64,000 nt of DNA from Scenedesmus sp. PABB004 (Eukaryota), in the NCBI GenBank assembly GCA_014905635.1, contig CM026547.1:1612001-1676000 (forward strand). Reading direction: 5' to 3'. The notes beneath the pieces are model-generated. The model was not told where the DNA came from, ran no database searches, and saw only the letters and a list, made by a program, of their open reading frames with translations. Both the position numbers and the translations under genes were made by a program. The first letter of the stretch is position 1; each line of letters opens with the position of its first letter. This document shows positions 11,294 through 23,530 of this stretch, in pieces.

Positions 11294-12574
11294 AAGCGTG
11301 ATTAGGTAAATATAAAACACCATTCTCAAAACCCGGTGCATTCTGGGGCCCGATGGCCGCCAAACTGTAACCCCAGAACCGGGCCGAGCCGGGGACCCCA
11401 AATCCGCAGCCAAAAGCCCGTTTTAAGCGCGAATTTTACGCGATTTGTAGCCTTTTATACCTCAACAGCGCAAGGGCGCCGCATGGGCCGGCGGCAGCAG
11501 CGGCGCGGCAGCAGCAGCGGCAGCAGCAGCGGCTGGAGCAGCCGCCGGCGGCCGCCGTGAGTTAGCTCACCACAACAGCGGCCGCGCCGGCGCAGCCGCG
11601 GCCCGCGCCGTGGCGGCCGAGCCGGCGCTGAGGCTGCTGGAGCCGTGCGGCCGCTGCCGCTGTGCTCGCAGCGGTGCGCACGGCACTGCGCGGATGCTCG
11701 GCGCCACCGCCGGCCGCCCGGGCGCGGCCACCGAGTGGCGCCCCCCCCCCCCCCCCCTGCGCCGCGCGCACGGCCGGCTCATGCTCGCGCCGCCTCCATT
11801 GGCGCAGCGGCGGCGCGGCTGCACTCGGGCGTGTGGCGCGCAATGTGTGCCTGGCCGCACTCGGGCGCCGCCTCGGGTGTAGCGCTCAGGCGTGCGCTGC
11901 CTGCTGTCTGGTCCCGGCGGCAGCCGCCGCCGCCGCCGCAGGCTGGCCCCCTGCGTGCGCGTCTGCGCCGCCGGCGCTTGCCGACCCACGCGTGCGCACC
12001 GCGCGGCCGGCGGCGAGGCGCCTAGGACGGCGGACGGCGCAGCAGCAGCACCCACGCAGTGGCGTGCCTGTGTCGGCTGCGTGGGGCCAGGGCGCGCCGC
12101 GCCGCGCCGCGCCTCGCCGCGCCGCCGCAGCGCGGCACGGCGGGAAAGAAGATGGACCCGCCGCGCCGCCGTGGGCGCGCGGCCGCGCCTGCTCGCGCGC
12201 GAGTGGCTGTGGGGGGACCTGAGATGCACCGTGGGCGCGCGTCGTGGGCGCCTGGGCTGCCGTCAGCCGGGGCGCTGAGCCCGAGCTGCCGCGTGCACAC
12301 GGTCGGGCGCGCTGTGTCACGCGGTGGCCGCGCTGCCCTGGAGCAGCGCTTTGCGCCTACTACAGACTCGTATCACGCGAACGCAGCCGTCGCACCGCCC
12401 TCGACGCGCTCGCACGGCCTGCGCGGCCAGGTCCCGCCCGCCGAGGCCGGGAGCTGCTGGCGCGCCACCGCGGCGCTGCGACAGCACGCTCATCGCTTTG
12501 ATATCCACCTTGAGACCCCGTTTGGAGCTGCGCCGCGCAGCCGCGGCCCCGTGGCGGAGCTGCCAGCGGCAGCA

Positions 12575-14401
12575 ATGGCGGGGCGCCCGGCTGCATCAGC
12601 TGGGCGCGCGGGCAGCTGGCGCGGGCGCAGCGCGTCGGTGCTGTGCGCGCTGGCGCTGCTTACGTGCGTCGCCTGCGCCGCCGCGGCGGACTGCTCGGCG
12701 CGGCTGCAGGGCTGCGCGGCGTGCACGGAGCAGCAGCCGCTGGCGGCGGTGCAGCGCCTGCCGCCGGGCTACCGGCTCCACCCCGCCGCGCTGCTGCGGC
12801 CTCCCGGGCAGGCGGGCAGCGGCCACGCCGCCGGCGGCGGCAGCGCGGCGGCGGGCGCGGCCGCGCCGAGCGGCCGCCACCTGCTGCAGGCGCCGGCCGG
12901 CGGGCAGCAGCAGGCCCTGGTCGGCTCGGCGTTCGTGGGCGCCGCGCGGCCCGCCGAGGCGGCGCTGTCCGGCGTCGCGGCGCAGGAGCTGCCGCCGGGC
13001 GCGGCCGCGCCCGCGCCCGCGGCCGCCGCGTGGCCGGCCGGCCTCGGCGCCGCCGGCGGCGGCGACCGCCTCGTGCACGCCGCCGCCGCGGGCGTGCCGC
13101 TCGCGGCGGCGGCGGGCGGCGGCGGCGGCGCGGCGTGGCCCGCCGCCGCCGCGGGCGTGCCGCTCGTGGCCGCGGCGCCGCCGGCGGCGGCGGCGCCCGG
13201 CGGCGGCGTGCCGCTCGCGTACGTGCCGGCGCAGCCGCAGGTGCTGAGCATTCTGACGTCCGACCCGCGCGCGAGCGGGCCGCACCCGTGGGACGTGCTG
13301 CTGTTCCAGACGGACCAGTTCAACACCAGCCGCCCCGCGTACCACCTCGGCGGGCTGGGGCTGATGCTCATGACCGACTTCAACAAGAGCCAGCCCCTCA
13401 CCGACTGGCACGTCCAGCCGGGCGGACCCGCCGGCGGCGGCGCCGGCCCGCAGGCGGCCGCGCTGCAGCAGGGCTGGGGCGGCGTCGGCGGCGCCGGCGG
13501 CGGTCCCGGCGGGCCCGGCGGCGGCGCCGCCGGCCTGCTCGCGGCGGCTGCCAAGGGCCTGGGCAGTCTGTTCGGCCTCAAGGGCAAGCAGCAGCAGCAG
13601 CAGCAGGTGCCAGCCGGCGGCGTGGCCGTGGCGAGCATGCTGCCGAGCTCGCACGGCGGCGCGCCGGGGGCGGCGCCCGCCGGCGCGCGGCTCGCGGCAG
13701 GCGCAACAGCGCCGGTGTTTTCGCCGCTGATCCAGCAGGCGATGGCCGCGCTGCGCCTGGCCAGGCCGGCGGCGGCCACGGTGCAGGAGGCCGGCCCGGC
13801 GCGGCCGGCGGCCCCCGCCGTGGCGCCCGTCGGCGGCGCCGGCGAGGGCGGCGACGCCGCGCGGCTGTGGTGCACCGCCTGCCAGGCTCCGGCGTACGTT
13901 CTCAACGCGTTTGGCTTCTGCGGTGAGCAACGGCAGCCCCCGGCAACGACCCGGCCCGCGCGGGCGGGCCGCCGGGCGCGCAGCTGACTGACAGCGCCGC
14001 GCTCCGCCCCCGACGCGCGCCGCCACGCCCCCAACGCGCGCCGCCGCAGAGTGCGCGCCCGGGCACGGGCGCGTCATCGACTCCAAGACGCCCTACGCCT
14101 GCGCGCGCTGCCCGCCGGGGCAGGTGCCCGCCGCCTCGGCCGTGACGGACCCGCCCGGCGCGGCGGGCCCGCAGCCCATCCGCCTGGAGCCGCCCGGCGG
14201 CGCCGCCGGCGCAGCGCCCGACCGCACGGTGCTGGCGGTGTGCCAGGCCTGCGGGGCGGGGACCGCGGCAAACGCGGAGCAGACCGCATGCGGTGCGCGC
14301 GCCTGCTGCGGCCGGCCGCCAGCTTGCTGCTGGCACGACCGCAGCCTCACCCGCACCGCCCGCCACGCTGTCGCCGCCGCTGCCCCGCAGTCGCGCCCTG
14401 A
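12575..14401 (+). CDS. Secreted Cys-rich (furin-like/GCC-type repeat) protein with a long Ala/Gly/Pro insert; 3 exons
   Basis: Hydrophobic signal (VLCALALLTCVACAAAA), CSARLQGCAAC, RHLLQ site, CTACQAPAYVLNAFGFC|ECAPGHG..CARCPPG..CQACGAGTAANAEQTAC|VAP*. GT-AG introns at 13923-14049 and ~14293-14390. Confidence 0.7.
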
Positions 14402-14939
14402 GCTCTCTCGGCGCCAGACACCAGGCCCTCCAGCCCTCGGGGCGGAGCGGCGGGCAGGCGGGGCGGGGCCGCGGCGGCGACGGCAGGCCTGCTGGCACCG
14501 TGATCGGCTCCTGCCTGCGGTGTTACACGCGCGCGCGCCGAGCGCGCACCACCAACAACAGACCTGTGATGCGGTCAGCAGCAGGCGCACATGTACAGCC
14601 CCCGCGCCCGCGGCGCGCGCCCGCGGCGGCACCGCCGCGAGGCGTTGCCGCCTGCTCCCTCCTTGGAGAGGTGTGTGGTCCTTGGAGTCGCCGTGTGTGG
14701 CAGTCTGGAAAACGCCCGCCGCCGCCCGACCAAGGGGCCGGGTGCCGGCGGGGCGACGTGCCGCGCGCCGCGCGCGGTGTCGCGTGTCGCAGCGACCCCC
14801 CGGCGCGCAGGCCCGCCCGCCCCCTCGTGTGTGCATGCCGTGCCGCTGCGGTCAGGTCGCTCAAAACGAATGCAGTCGGGACGCTCTCCACACGCCCATG
14901 CGTTAGCGATGATCGCGCGGCACAAACCGACCAGCCCCG

Positions 14940-17232
14940 TCAGCAGGCGACGGGCAGCTCCATGCTGCCCACCGACCCGCCGCCCAGCAGCCCGCAGCTC
15001 CTGCTGCCGGGAAGCGCGATGCTCAGCGAGCGGTGCAGCGCGCCCGCCAGCTCGCCGCCGCCGGCCGCGTCGGGCGCAGGCGCGCTGCCCGCTGCCCGCG
15101 CCAGCAGCCCGGTCGCGTTGCCCGAGGGCACTGCAGGGCCACCGCCGCCGCCACCGTCGCCGCCGCCTCCGGCAAAGGGCGAGCACAGCACGAGGTCGGG
15201 CGACGGCGGCGTGGGGTGGCGCCCGGCGGCGCCAGCTGCGGCGCCAGCAGCGGGCGCGGCGCACAGATGCTGCTGCGCGCCGCCGCAGCCGCCGGGCGCC
15301 GGGCTCGCGGATGGCTGCACGAACAGCCCCCCGCTGAAGGGCGAGCGCCGCGCCGCGGCCGCCAGCCACGGGCCGGCTGCTGCCAGTCCGGCGGCGGCGG
15401 CCCCTCCAGCTGCTGGCACGGGCCGCCGGCGCCGAGCGGCGCCGCCGCCGCGGCGCCCGCCGCCGCCGCGCCCGCGCCCGCCCACCGGGGGCGGCTGCTG
15501 GGCCGCGCCGCGCCGGGGCTGCCGGTCGCGTCGCCGAGCAGCGGGCCGGCGCTGGCGCTGCCGGGGAGGCTGGCGCCGCGCGCCGCCAGGGGCGGGCGCG
15601 GCGCGAGCGAGCTGGTGCTGTGATCGCCGGGCGCGCGCGCGCAGGCGCAGGGCGTCTGCAGGTTGACCAGAAGCACCGTGATGTCGTCGCGGCTGCCGCG
15701 CTGCCGGCGCGCGCAGTGCGCGAGCGCGCGCGCGGCGACGCCCGCCGCCTGGCACGCGGCGCACACGCCGCTGCCGCCGGGCGCGCCGCCGCGCTGCTGC
15801 ACGCGCGCGAGCGTCTTGCGGGCAAACTCATACACCTCCTGCGGCGCGCGGCGCAACGCGGCGCGGGCGGTGAGCCGGGCCCTGCGGCGGCGGCGGCGGC
15901 GCCGCGCGGCGGCGCGCGGCGCGGGCCGGCCGCTGGCGCTGCCCGGCAGCGGGGCGCCGCACCTCGCTGCGCATCACGTCCCACAGCCCGTCCGAGGCGA
16001 GCACCAGGAACTCCTGCTGCGCGCCGTCGACGCCGTCGCGGGCGAGCGCGAGCGAGTCTGGCGTGGGGATGACGCCGTAGCTGCGCAGGTCGTGGTCGCC
16101 CAGCGCGCGTGTCGTCGCGAGCACGCCCATCACGCGCAGCCCGCTGTTGCGCAGCACGCGCCCGCCCGCCGCGACGACGCGCTCCTGCTCGTCCTCGCGG
16201 TCGGCGCGGTGCTCGCGCGTGTGCGCCAGCACCCGCCCGCCCCCCAGCACCACGCCGCGCGAGTCGCCTGCGCGTGCGTCGGCGGGCGCGCGTCGGCGCG
16301 CGTCGGCGCGCGTCGGCGCGCATGCATGCGGGCGCGCAGCTGCGACGCATGGCGGCCGCCGCGACGGCCGCGCCCGCAGCCCCCCACCGGCCGCGCTGCA
16401 GGCCCGCGCAGCCCCGCCGCCGGCCCGCTCGCGCCGCCGCCCGCTCACCGACCCAGGCGAGGTGGATCGTCCGCGCCGTGAGCACCGCGACCGTGGCGGT
16501 GCTGCCCGCGCTGCTGAGCAGCGGCTGCTGGCGCAGGCCGTCGTCGGTGGCCTCAAACGCCGCCGCGAGCGCGGCGGGCATGCGCGCGTCGAGCGCGCCG
16601 GCGGCCGCGCCGGCGAGCAGCTGCTCGCGCAGGTGCACGTGCAGGCTCGCGGCCGCGTGCGCGCTCGCCGCCGCGCTGCCGTGGCCGTCGTAGACGGCGA
16701 AGAGCGCGACCGGCGGCTCGCCCGCGCCGCCCGCGCCCGCGAGCAGGTCGCGCCGCGCCTCCCAGTGGTCCTCGCCCGCGCCGCGCTCGCGCGGCAGCGC
16801 GTACCGCCCATGCGCCGGCGCCGCCAGCGGGGCGCGCCCAGCGCCAGCCGGCGCCGACCGCGTCGGCCCGGGCGGGCCGCCGCCGGGGGCGCCGCCATCG
16901 CCTGCTCCGCCATCGGCCGCAGCAGGCTGGCAGGTAGAGCCGGGAGCGGCGGCGGCGGCGGCGGCCAGAGCTGGCGCCGGCTGCGTGCAGCTGCTGTCGA
17001 ACGTCGTCCTCATCAGCGGCGCCTGCTGCGCGCCGCGCGGCCGTCCGCCCAGGCCGCCCGGGCCCCCGAGCTCCGGTGCCGCGCCGGCTGGGCCGGGGGC
17101 GGCGCTGGGCGGCTGCGCGACAGCGCCATCGCCCGCGGCGCCGTCGCGGGCCTCCGTCCCCGCCTTGCGCTTCAGGCGCCCACCGGGCGCCTGGCCGCTC
17201 GTGCTGCTCCCGGGGCGCGGCTCCGGCCGCAT
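14940..17232 (-). CDS. Protein phosphatase 2C (PPM family)
   Basis: FAVYDGHG, AGSTATVAV, AWV|GDSRGV, EHRADREDEQERV..AGGRV, GVLATTRALGD, FLVLASDGLWDV, GSRDDITVLLV. The 3' end is uncertain (stop at 15023 or, with a 1-nt shift, 14940) and so is the start ATG. Confidence 0.88.
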
Positions 17233-17713
17233 GCCCGCGGCGGGCGGGCCGCGCGCGGCGTCTACTCCTGCCGAGAGCTGCTCCGCTTTGATTGGTCTGC
17301 GTGCGTGGGGGCGTCCCTGGTGTCGCGGAGGGTCGCGGAAATGGCGGGGCGGGGGCGCGGGGGCGGGCAGGAGGAGCGAGCCGTCGTCGTCGCTCCGCGC
17401 CAAGGTTGAGCGGCGGCCGTGTGACGGTGCGGGAGGCTGTGCTGCGCGCTGGCCTGCCCGCAGGGCAACTCGACTGCCGCGTCCCCGAGCGCCGCCGCCG
17501 CTGGCGGCGCTCCGCCCCGGCCCCGCAGCGCGCCCGGCGCGTGCGCACGACGCGCAGTGGGCCGTTTACAGGGCTCTCTACAGGCACACGCAGGCGCGAC
17601 GGACAGCATCGAGCGCGCACCCTGCAGGCGGCTGCACGGCGCGGCGCGCGCGCGGCGCGCGGCGCGGGCGACTCGAGAAAACCGGCGCGCCGCCTCGCCC
17701 CGCGTCGCCGGTC

Positions 17714-20700
17714 TCAGGCCATGACCTCCTTGGCGGCCTTGACCACGTTGTCGACGGTGATGCCAAACTTGGCGTACAGGATGTCGGCGGGCGCGGACGC
17801 GCCAAAGTCGTCGATGCCCACAAACTTGCCGCTGCTCGTGGTGTAGCGCTCCCAGCCAAAGCTGCTGCCCGCCTCGACCGCGACGCGCGCGGTCACGGCC
17901 TTGGGCAGCACGCTCTCCTTGTACTCGGCGCTCTGCTCGGCAAACAGCTCCCAGCAGGGCATGGACACCACGCGCACCTGCGGCGGCGGCCGGGCGGCGC
18001 GTGAGCGCGGCGCGCTGGTGCGGCGGGCGCCGGGCAGCGGGCGCCACGCGGCCCGCGCCCCCGCGCCGCCCCAGCCCGCGCGCGCCGCCCCGCGCCCCGC
18101 GCCGCCCCAGCCCGCGCCGCCCCAGCCCGCGCCGCGCGGCGCACCTTCTTGCCGTCGGCCTCGAGCTTCTTGGCCGCCTCGACGGCCATGGGCAGCTCGC
18201 TGCCGGTGCCGATGAGGATGACGTCGGGCGTGGCGTCGCCGCCGTGGATGACGTACGCGCCCTTCTCGGTGCCCTCCACGCTGCAGCCGGGCAGGTTGGG
18301 CATGCCCTGGCGCGAGAGCGCGATGGTCGTCGGGCGCTTGCGGTTGCCGACCGCGACCTTGTACGCGCCCGCGGTCTCGTTGCCGCCGCACGGGCGCATC
18401 ATGAGCATGTTGGGCATCGCGCGGAAGCTCGCGAGGTGCTCGATCGGCTGGTGCGTCGGGCCGTCCTCGCCGAGGCCGATGGAGTCGTGCGTCATCACGT
18501 ACAGCACGCCGACCTGCGCCCCGGCGCGGCGGCGGGCAGCACGCGGTCAGCGCGCGGCGCGGCGGCAGAGCGGGCCGCGCGGCGCGCGCGCGTGCGCGGC
18601 GGCAGGGCAGGCCACGCGGCGCGCGCGCGCGTGCGCGGCGCGGGGGCGGGCCGTCACCTCGCTGAGCGCGCTCATGCGCATGGCGGAGCGCATGTAGTCG
18701 GTGAAGATGTAGAACGTCGCGCAGTAGGGGATGAGCCCGCTGTTGTGCAGCGCGACGCCGTTGACGATCGCGCCCATCGCGTGCTCGCGCACGCCAAAGC
18801 TGCGCGGCGGGGCCGGGGCGGCGCGGGCGGCGTGGTGAGGGCGCGCGAAAGGCCTCGCAGCCCCAGCCGCCGCCGCCGCCCCAGCCCGCCGCCGCGCCGC
18901 GCCCGCCGCCGGCCCAGCCCGCTGCCGCGGCGCGCGCGCGGGCGCACCGCATGTTGCGCTCGGCGTAGCTGCCCTTCTGGAAGTCGCCAAACATCTTCAT
19001 CAGCGTGAGGTTGGAGGGCGCGAGGTCGGCGCTGCCGCCGATGAGGCCGGGCAGCACGGGCGCGAGCGCGTTGAGCATGATCTGGCTGTACTGCCGCGTC
19101 GCGAGGCCCTTGTCCTCGGGCGTGTAGCTCGGCAGCGCCTTCTCCCAGCCCGCGGGCAGCTTGCCGCTGCGCAGGGGGCGCGCGCGCGAGACAGGGGCGG
19201 GGTCAGCGGGGGCGCGCGAGGGCGCGAGGGCGGCAGCGCGCGCGGCGCGGCCGGGCGGCGCGGCCGGGCGGCGCGGCCGGGCGGCGCGGCCGGCGCGCGC
19301 GGCCGCCGTGCGCGCACCTGAGCAGGCCCTCCAGCTCCTCCGCCTCCTTGGGGTGCTTGGCCTTGTACGAGGCCATCGCGGCCTTCCACTCCTCCTCGGC
19401 CGCCGCGCCCTTGGTGACGGCGGAGCGCATGACGTCGTAGACCTCCTGGGGCACCTCAAACTCGCCGTACGGCCACTTGAGGTTCTCGCGCGTCGCCGCC
19501 GTCTCCTCGGGGCCCAGGGGCGCGCCGTGCACGTCGTGCGTGTCGGCCTTGTTGGGCGAGCCGTAGCCGATGAGGGTCGAGACCTTGATCAGGCTGGGCT
19601 TGTCGGTCACCGCCTTGGCGTTGGCGATGGCCTGCGCGCACGGGCGGCGGCGCGGCGGGGGCGCGCGTCGGCGGCGGCGCGGGCCAGCGGCGCGCGCACC
19701 CGCGCTGCCGCTGCTGCTGCGGCTCCGCGGCGCCGCGCCGCGTGCGGCGGGCGGCGGCGCTGGGCGGCGCTGGGCGCCGCGCGCGCGCGCGCGCCTTGCG
19801 CAGGCCGTCAAAGTCGGTGTTGCCGTCCTTGACGTGCTGCACGTGCCAGCCGAGCGCCTCGAAGCGCGCCGACACGTCCTCGGTGAAGCTGATCTCGGTG
19901 TGGCCGTCGATGGAGATGTTGTTGTCGTCGTACAGCGCGATGAGCTTGCCCAGGCCCCAGTGGCCCGCGAGGGAGCAGGCCTCGTTGGAGATGCCCTCCA
20001 TCATGCAGCCGTCGCCGAGGATGCAGTAGCTGCGCGGCGCGCGGGCGGGCGCGTGGGCGGGCGGGCGTGTGGGCGGGCGCGCGGGCGCGCGCGGCGCGCG
20101 CGGGCGGCAGGCGGCGCGGGCTGGCGGGGCGCTCAGGCGTGCGCGCGCGGGGCGCTGCCGCTGCCGCTGCCGCTGCCGCTGCCGCTGCCGCTGCCGCTGC
20201 CGCTGCCGCTGCCGCTGCCGCTGCCGCTGCCGCTGCCGCTGCCGCTGCCGCTGCCGCTGCCGCTGCCGCTGCCGCTGCCGCTGCCGCTGCTCCCCCCCTG
20301 CACGCGCCGCTGGCAGCCCCCCTGGCGCCGCAGCGCGCGCGCCCGCGACGGCCGCCGCGCCGGCCCCCGCCCACCCCCGTGGCGGCGCTCACGTGTAGTG
20401 GTCCACCACCTTGGCGTCCGGCTTGTTGAAGCGCGCCGCCAGGTGCGCCTCAGCGGCGGCGAGGCCGACGGCGTTGCAGATGCCCTGGCCGAGCGGGCCT
20501 GCGGCGCGGCGCGGCGCGCGCAGCGCGGCGGTCGGCGCGGCGGCGCGGCGGCGCGGCGGCGCGGCGGCGCGGCGGCGCGGCGGCGCGGCCGCCCCCCGCC
20601 GGCCGGCGCGCGGGGCGCGCAGGCGGTGCGCTCGTGGGGCCGTGCGCGCGGGCCCGGCGGCGGCTGCGGCGCGCACCGGTCGTGACCTCCACGCCGGTGG

Positions 20701-21351
20701 TGAGGAAGTTCTCGGGGTGGCCCGGCGTGCGAGAGTCCCACTGGCGGAAGGACTTGAGGTCGTCCATCTGCGCGCCGCGCGTCGGGGCGTCGCGGTGAGG
20801 CGCCGCGGCGCGCGGCGCGCGGCGCGCGCGGGCCGGGCGGGCGGGCGGATCACCTGCACGCTCTCGTAGCCGACGAGGTGCATAAGCGCGTACTGGAGCA
20901 TGGAGCCGTGGCCCGCGGAGAGCACGAAGCGGTCGCGGTTGAACCAGGCGGGGTTCTTGGGGTTGAAGGTCATGGCCTCGTTGAAGAGGACGTACGCCAT
21001 GGGCGCGGCGCCCATCGGCAGCCCCGGGTGGCCCGACTTGGCCTTGTTCACGCCGTCGATGGCCAGGAAGCGGATGGCGTTGACGCACTTCTCCACGGTC
21101 TCCTTGGACACCGGCGCCTGCACCGCCGCGGCGGCCCTGCGAGCAGCAGCGCGGCCGGGCGCCCGAATTCAGCCCCCCGGCGCGCCCATTGGGCCCCGCC
21201 GCGCGCCCACGGCCGCCGGCGACCCGCCCGGCACCCACCGGGGCACGCACGCACGGCGCGCGGCGCGCAGGGAGGGGCGGGCGGGCGCGGGCGCCGCGCG
21301 GGCGCTGGCGCCGGGCGCCCTCAGGCTGCGCTGCTGCATGGTGGCCTGCAT
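17714..21351 (-). CDS. TKL: Transketolase, plastid-targeted (multi-exon)
   Basis: Transit-peptide-like N-terminus, then [90 protein letters not shown]. Confidence 0.97.
20154..20290. repeat. (CTGCCG)n hexanucleotide microsatellite, ~22 units, in a transketolase intron
   Basis: Directly visible perfect run. Confidence 0.97.
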
Positions 21352-21888
21352 GGTGACGGGCCGGGATGCGGTGCTGGGACGCTCGCGCAGGAAAGGTGCG
21401 GGGCCGCCGCGCCGCGCCGGCACATGCAGGCGCGGCGCCCGGCGATGCTGTCACAGGGTTCGCGGCCCCTGTCATCAGCGCCGCTCGCCCCACGTGCGCG
21501 GGATGAGGACCACATCCCCACCTCCACGCTGGCGGGGAGGGGCAGCCGCGCCCGCAGCGCGCGGCGGGAGGCGTTATGGATCCATCACGCCCTCTGCAGC
21601 AGGCGCGCGCAGCAGGGCCGGCCCGGGCGCGCGCGCTGGCTCGGCGTGCGCGGGGCGGCCGTGGAGCCGAGCGTGGGCAATTGAGCGGCTGCGGCGCAGC
21701 GAGGCGGCAGCCACGCGGCGCAGCGCGGCGCGCTGCGCGCTGCCAGGGGCGCCGGCGGCCGGGCGTCGTCAAGTTGCAATTCCACGCGCCCGGCGCACCA
21801 TGCGTGGTGGGGCCGGCGGCCCGCGCCCGGCCGCACAGAGGGCGCGGCCGCGCCGCAGGCGCGCCGCCGCCAGGCGTCGCGCCCTCGC

Positions 21889-22952
21889 TCAGTGCACCAT
21901 GTCCGCCGGCCCCGCGCTGCGCAGCCGCGGGCCGTTGTCCGGCCGCCCCATGCCCGCCGCGACCTCGGCGTCGACCTGGTTGTGCGGCTTGGCCGAGCTC
22001 AGCAGCATCTTGACGCTGCGGGCGGCGGCGCGCGGCCGCGGCATGTGGGCGCGTGCCCCAGCTTGGAGAGCGCGGCTGCCGCTGTCGGGGGCGCGCGCGC
22101 GCGCGCCGGCACGCACGTGCGCTTGTGCGGCTTGGTGCCCTCGTGGTCGACGAGCGCGGTCGCGGTCTGGAAGTAGCGCCTGCCGGCGTGCGCGCGGGCG
22201 GGCGGGCGCGCGTCGGCGCCGGGGCGCCGCAGACGCGCGGCCGCCCTGCGCCCTGCGCTGCCGCGCCGCGCCGCGCCGCGCCGCGCCGCGCCGCGCCGCG
22301 CGCGCGCGCACGCGCAGGGGATGCAGTAGTGCTGCCCGTGGCCGGGCAGGTCCGCGTCGAGCTCCGCCCTGTGCGGCGGCGGCGGTCGACGTCAGCGCTG
22401 CTGCCGCCGCTGGTGCAGCTGTTGCCGCAGCTGCCGCTGGTGCTGCTGGAGCTGCCGCTGGTGCCGCTGGTGCTGCCGCTGGCGCCGCTGCGGCCCGCCC
22501 GCGCGGCGCCGCCGGCCCGCGCAGCGGCAGCCAGCGCGCCGGCGCTGCGCACTTGGCGGTCGTGCCCAGCGGGCCGCTCTTGCCGTTGTGCACCAGCTGC
22601 GGCGGCTTGCGGATGTCCTCCCACACCTGGTCCACGTGGCGCTCCTCAAACTTGCCTGCGCGGCCGGCGGCGCGCGTCGGCGCCGGCGCCGGCTGCGGCG
22701 CTCGCCGCTGCTCGCCGCTGCGAGCTCGCTTCACGCCCGGTGGCGCCGTGGCGCCGTCAGCACGCTGCACGCCTCGCCGGCCGGCCACCGCGCCGCCCCG
22801 GCCGCGCCGGCGGGGCCCGCCCGCGCGGGGGCGGCCCGATGCGGGCCCGCATCCCCGCGCCCCGGCGCCCCGGCCGCACCGCGCAGCAGCTGCTTGTGCC
22901 ACTTGCGCGTCTTGCTGTTGCCCCCGACCTTGCGCTTGCCCGGCGCGCCCAT
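21889..22952 (-). CDS. BUD20: BUD20/ZNF593 C2H2 zinc-finger ribosome biogenesis protein
   Basis: Spliced exons: MGAPGKRK..|[12 protein letters not shown]..|[60 protein letters not shown]. Confidence 0.9.
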
Positions 22953-23530
22953 GGCGGCTGCCGCGCCGGCGCGGCGGGCGGCGTGCGGCGGCCGCTGCCG
23001 GCGGCGGCGGCGCCGGCGGCGGCGCGTGGCCCGGGCTTCCGGCCTGTCACCGGGCGGGCTGGAGCTGGCGCGGGCGCGGGTCGCGCGAGCTGGCGGCGCT
23101 TGCTGGCGGCGGCGGCGCCGGCGGGCGTCGGCGGGCGGCGCGCGGCGGGCGGCTGTGGCTGTGGTGCGACGGTGGCGGCCGTCACGCCGAGCGACTGGCG
23201 CGCGAGAGAGAGCGCAAGAGGCGTTGTGCCCCGGGCCCTGCACCACGCGAGGCCGCCCAGCCCGCTCCCGTCGCCACCCGGCGCCCCCGCGGGCCGTCCA
23301 GACGCTGCCCGCGACCGCCCCCGCTGCGCTCAGACCCCGCCCGCCGCGCCTGCCGCCCGCCAGCGTCCGGGAGAGCGGTTGCTGCTGCTCTCTCCTCTGC
23401 CCCTCTGCCTGCCCCGGCCCGATCCCGGCACGCCACCGCGCCCGGGCGGTGCAGCGCGTCCCAGGGCCGTCGGTCCCGGGCCAGCAGCGCCCCAGGCGCC
23501 CGCCCCGGCGGCGCAGCGGCGGCGCCGATC

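Noticed and set aside
11295..11470. AT-rich island as a foreign insertion or transposon end
   Set aside because: It is short, has no terminal repeats or target-site duplication, and is adequately explained as tRNA 5' flank or promoter DNA.
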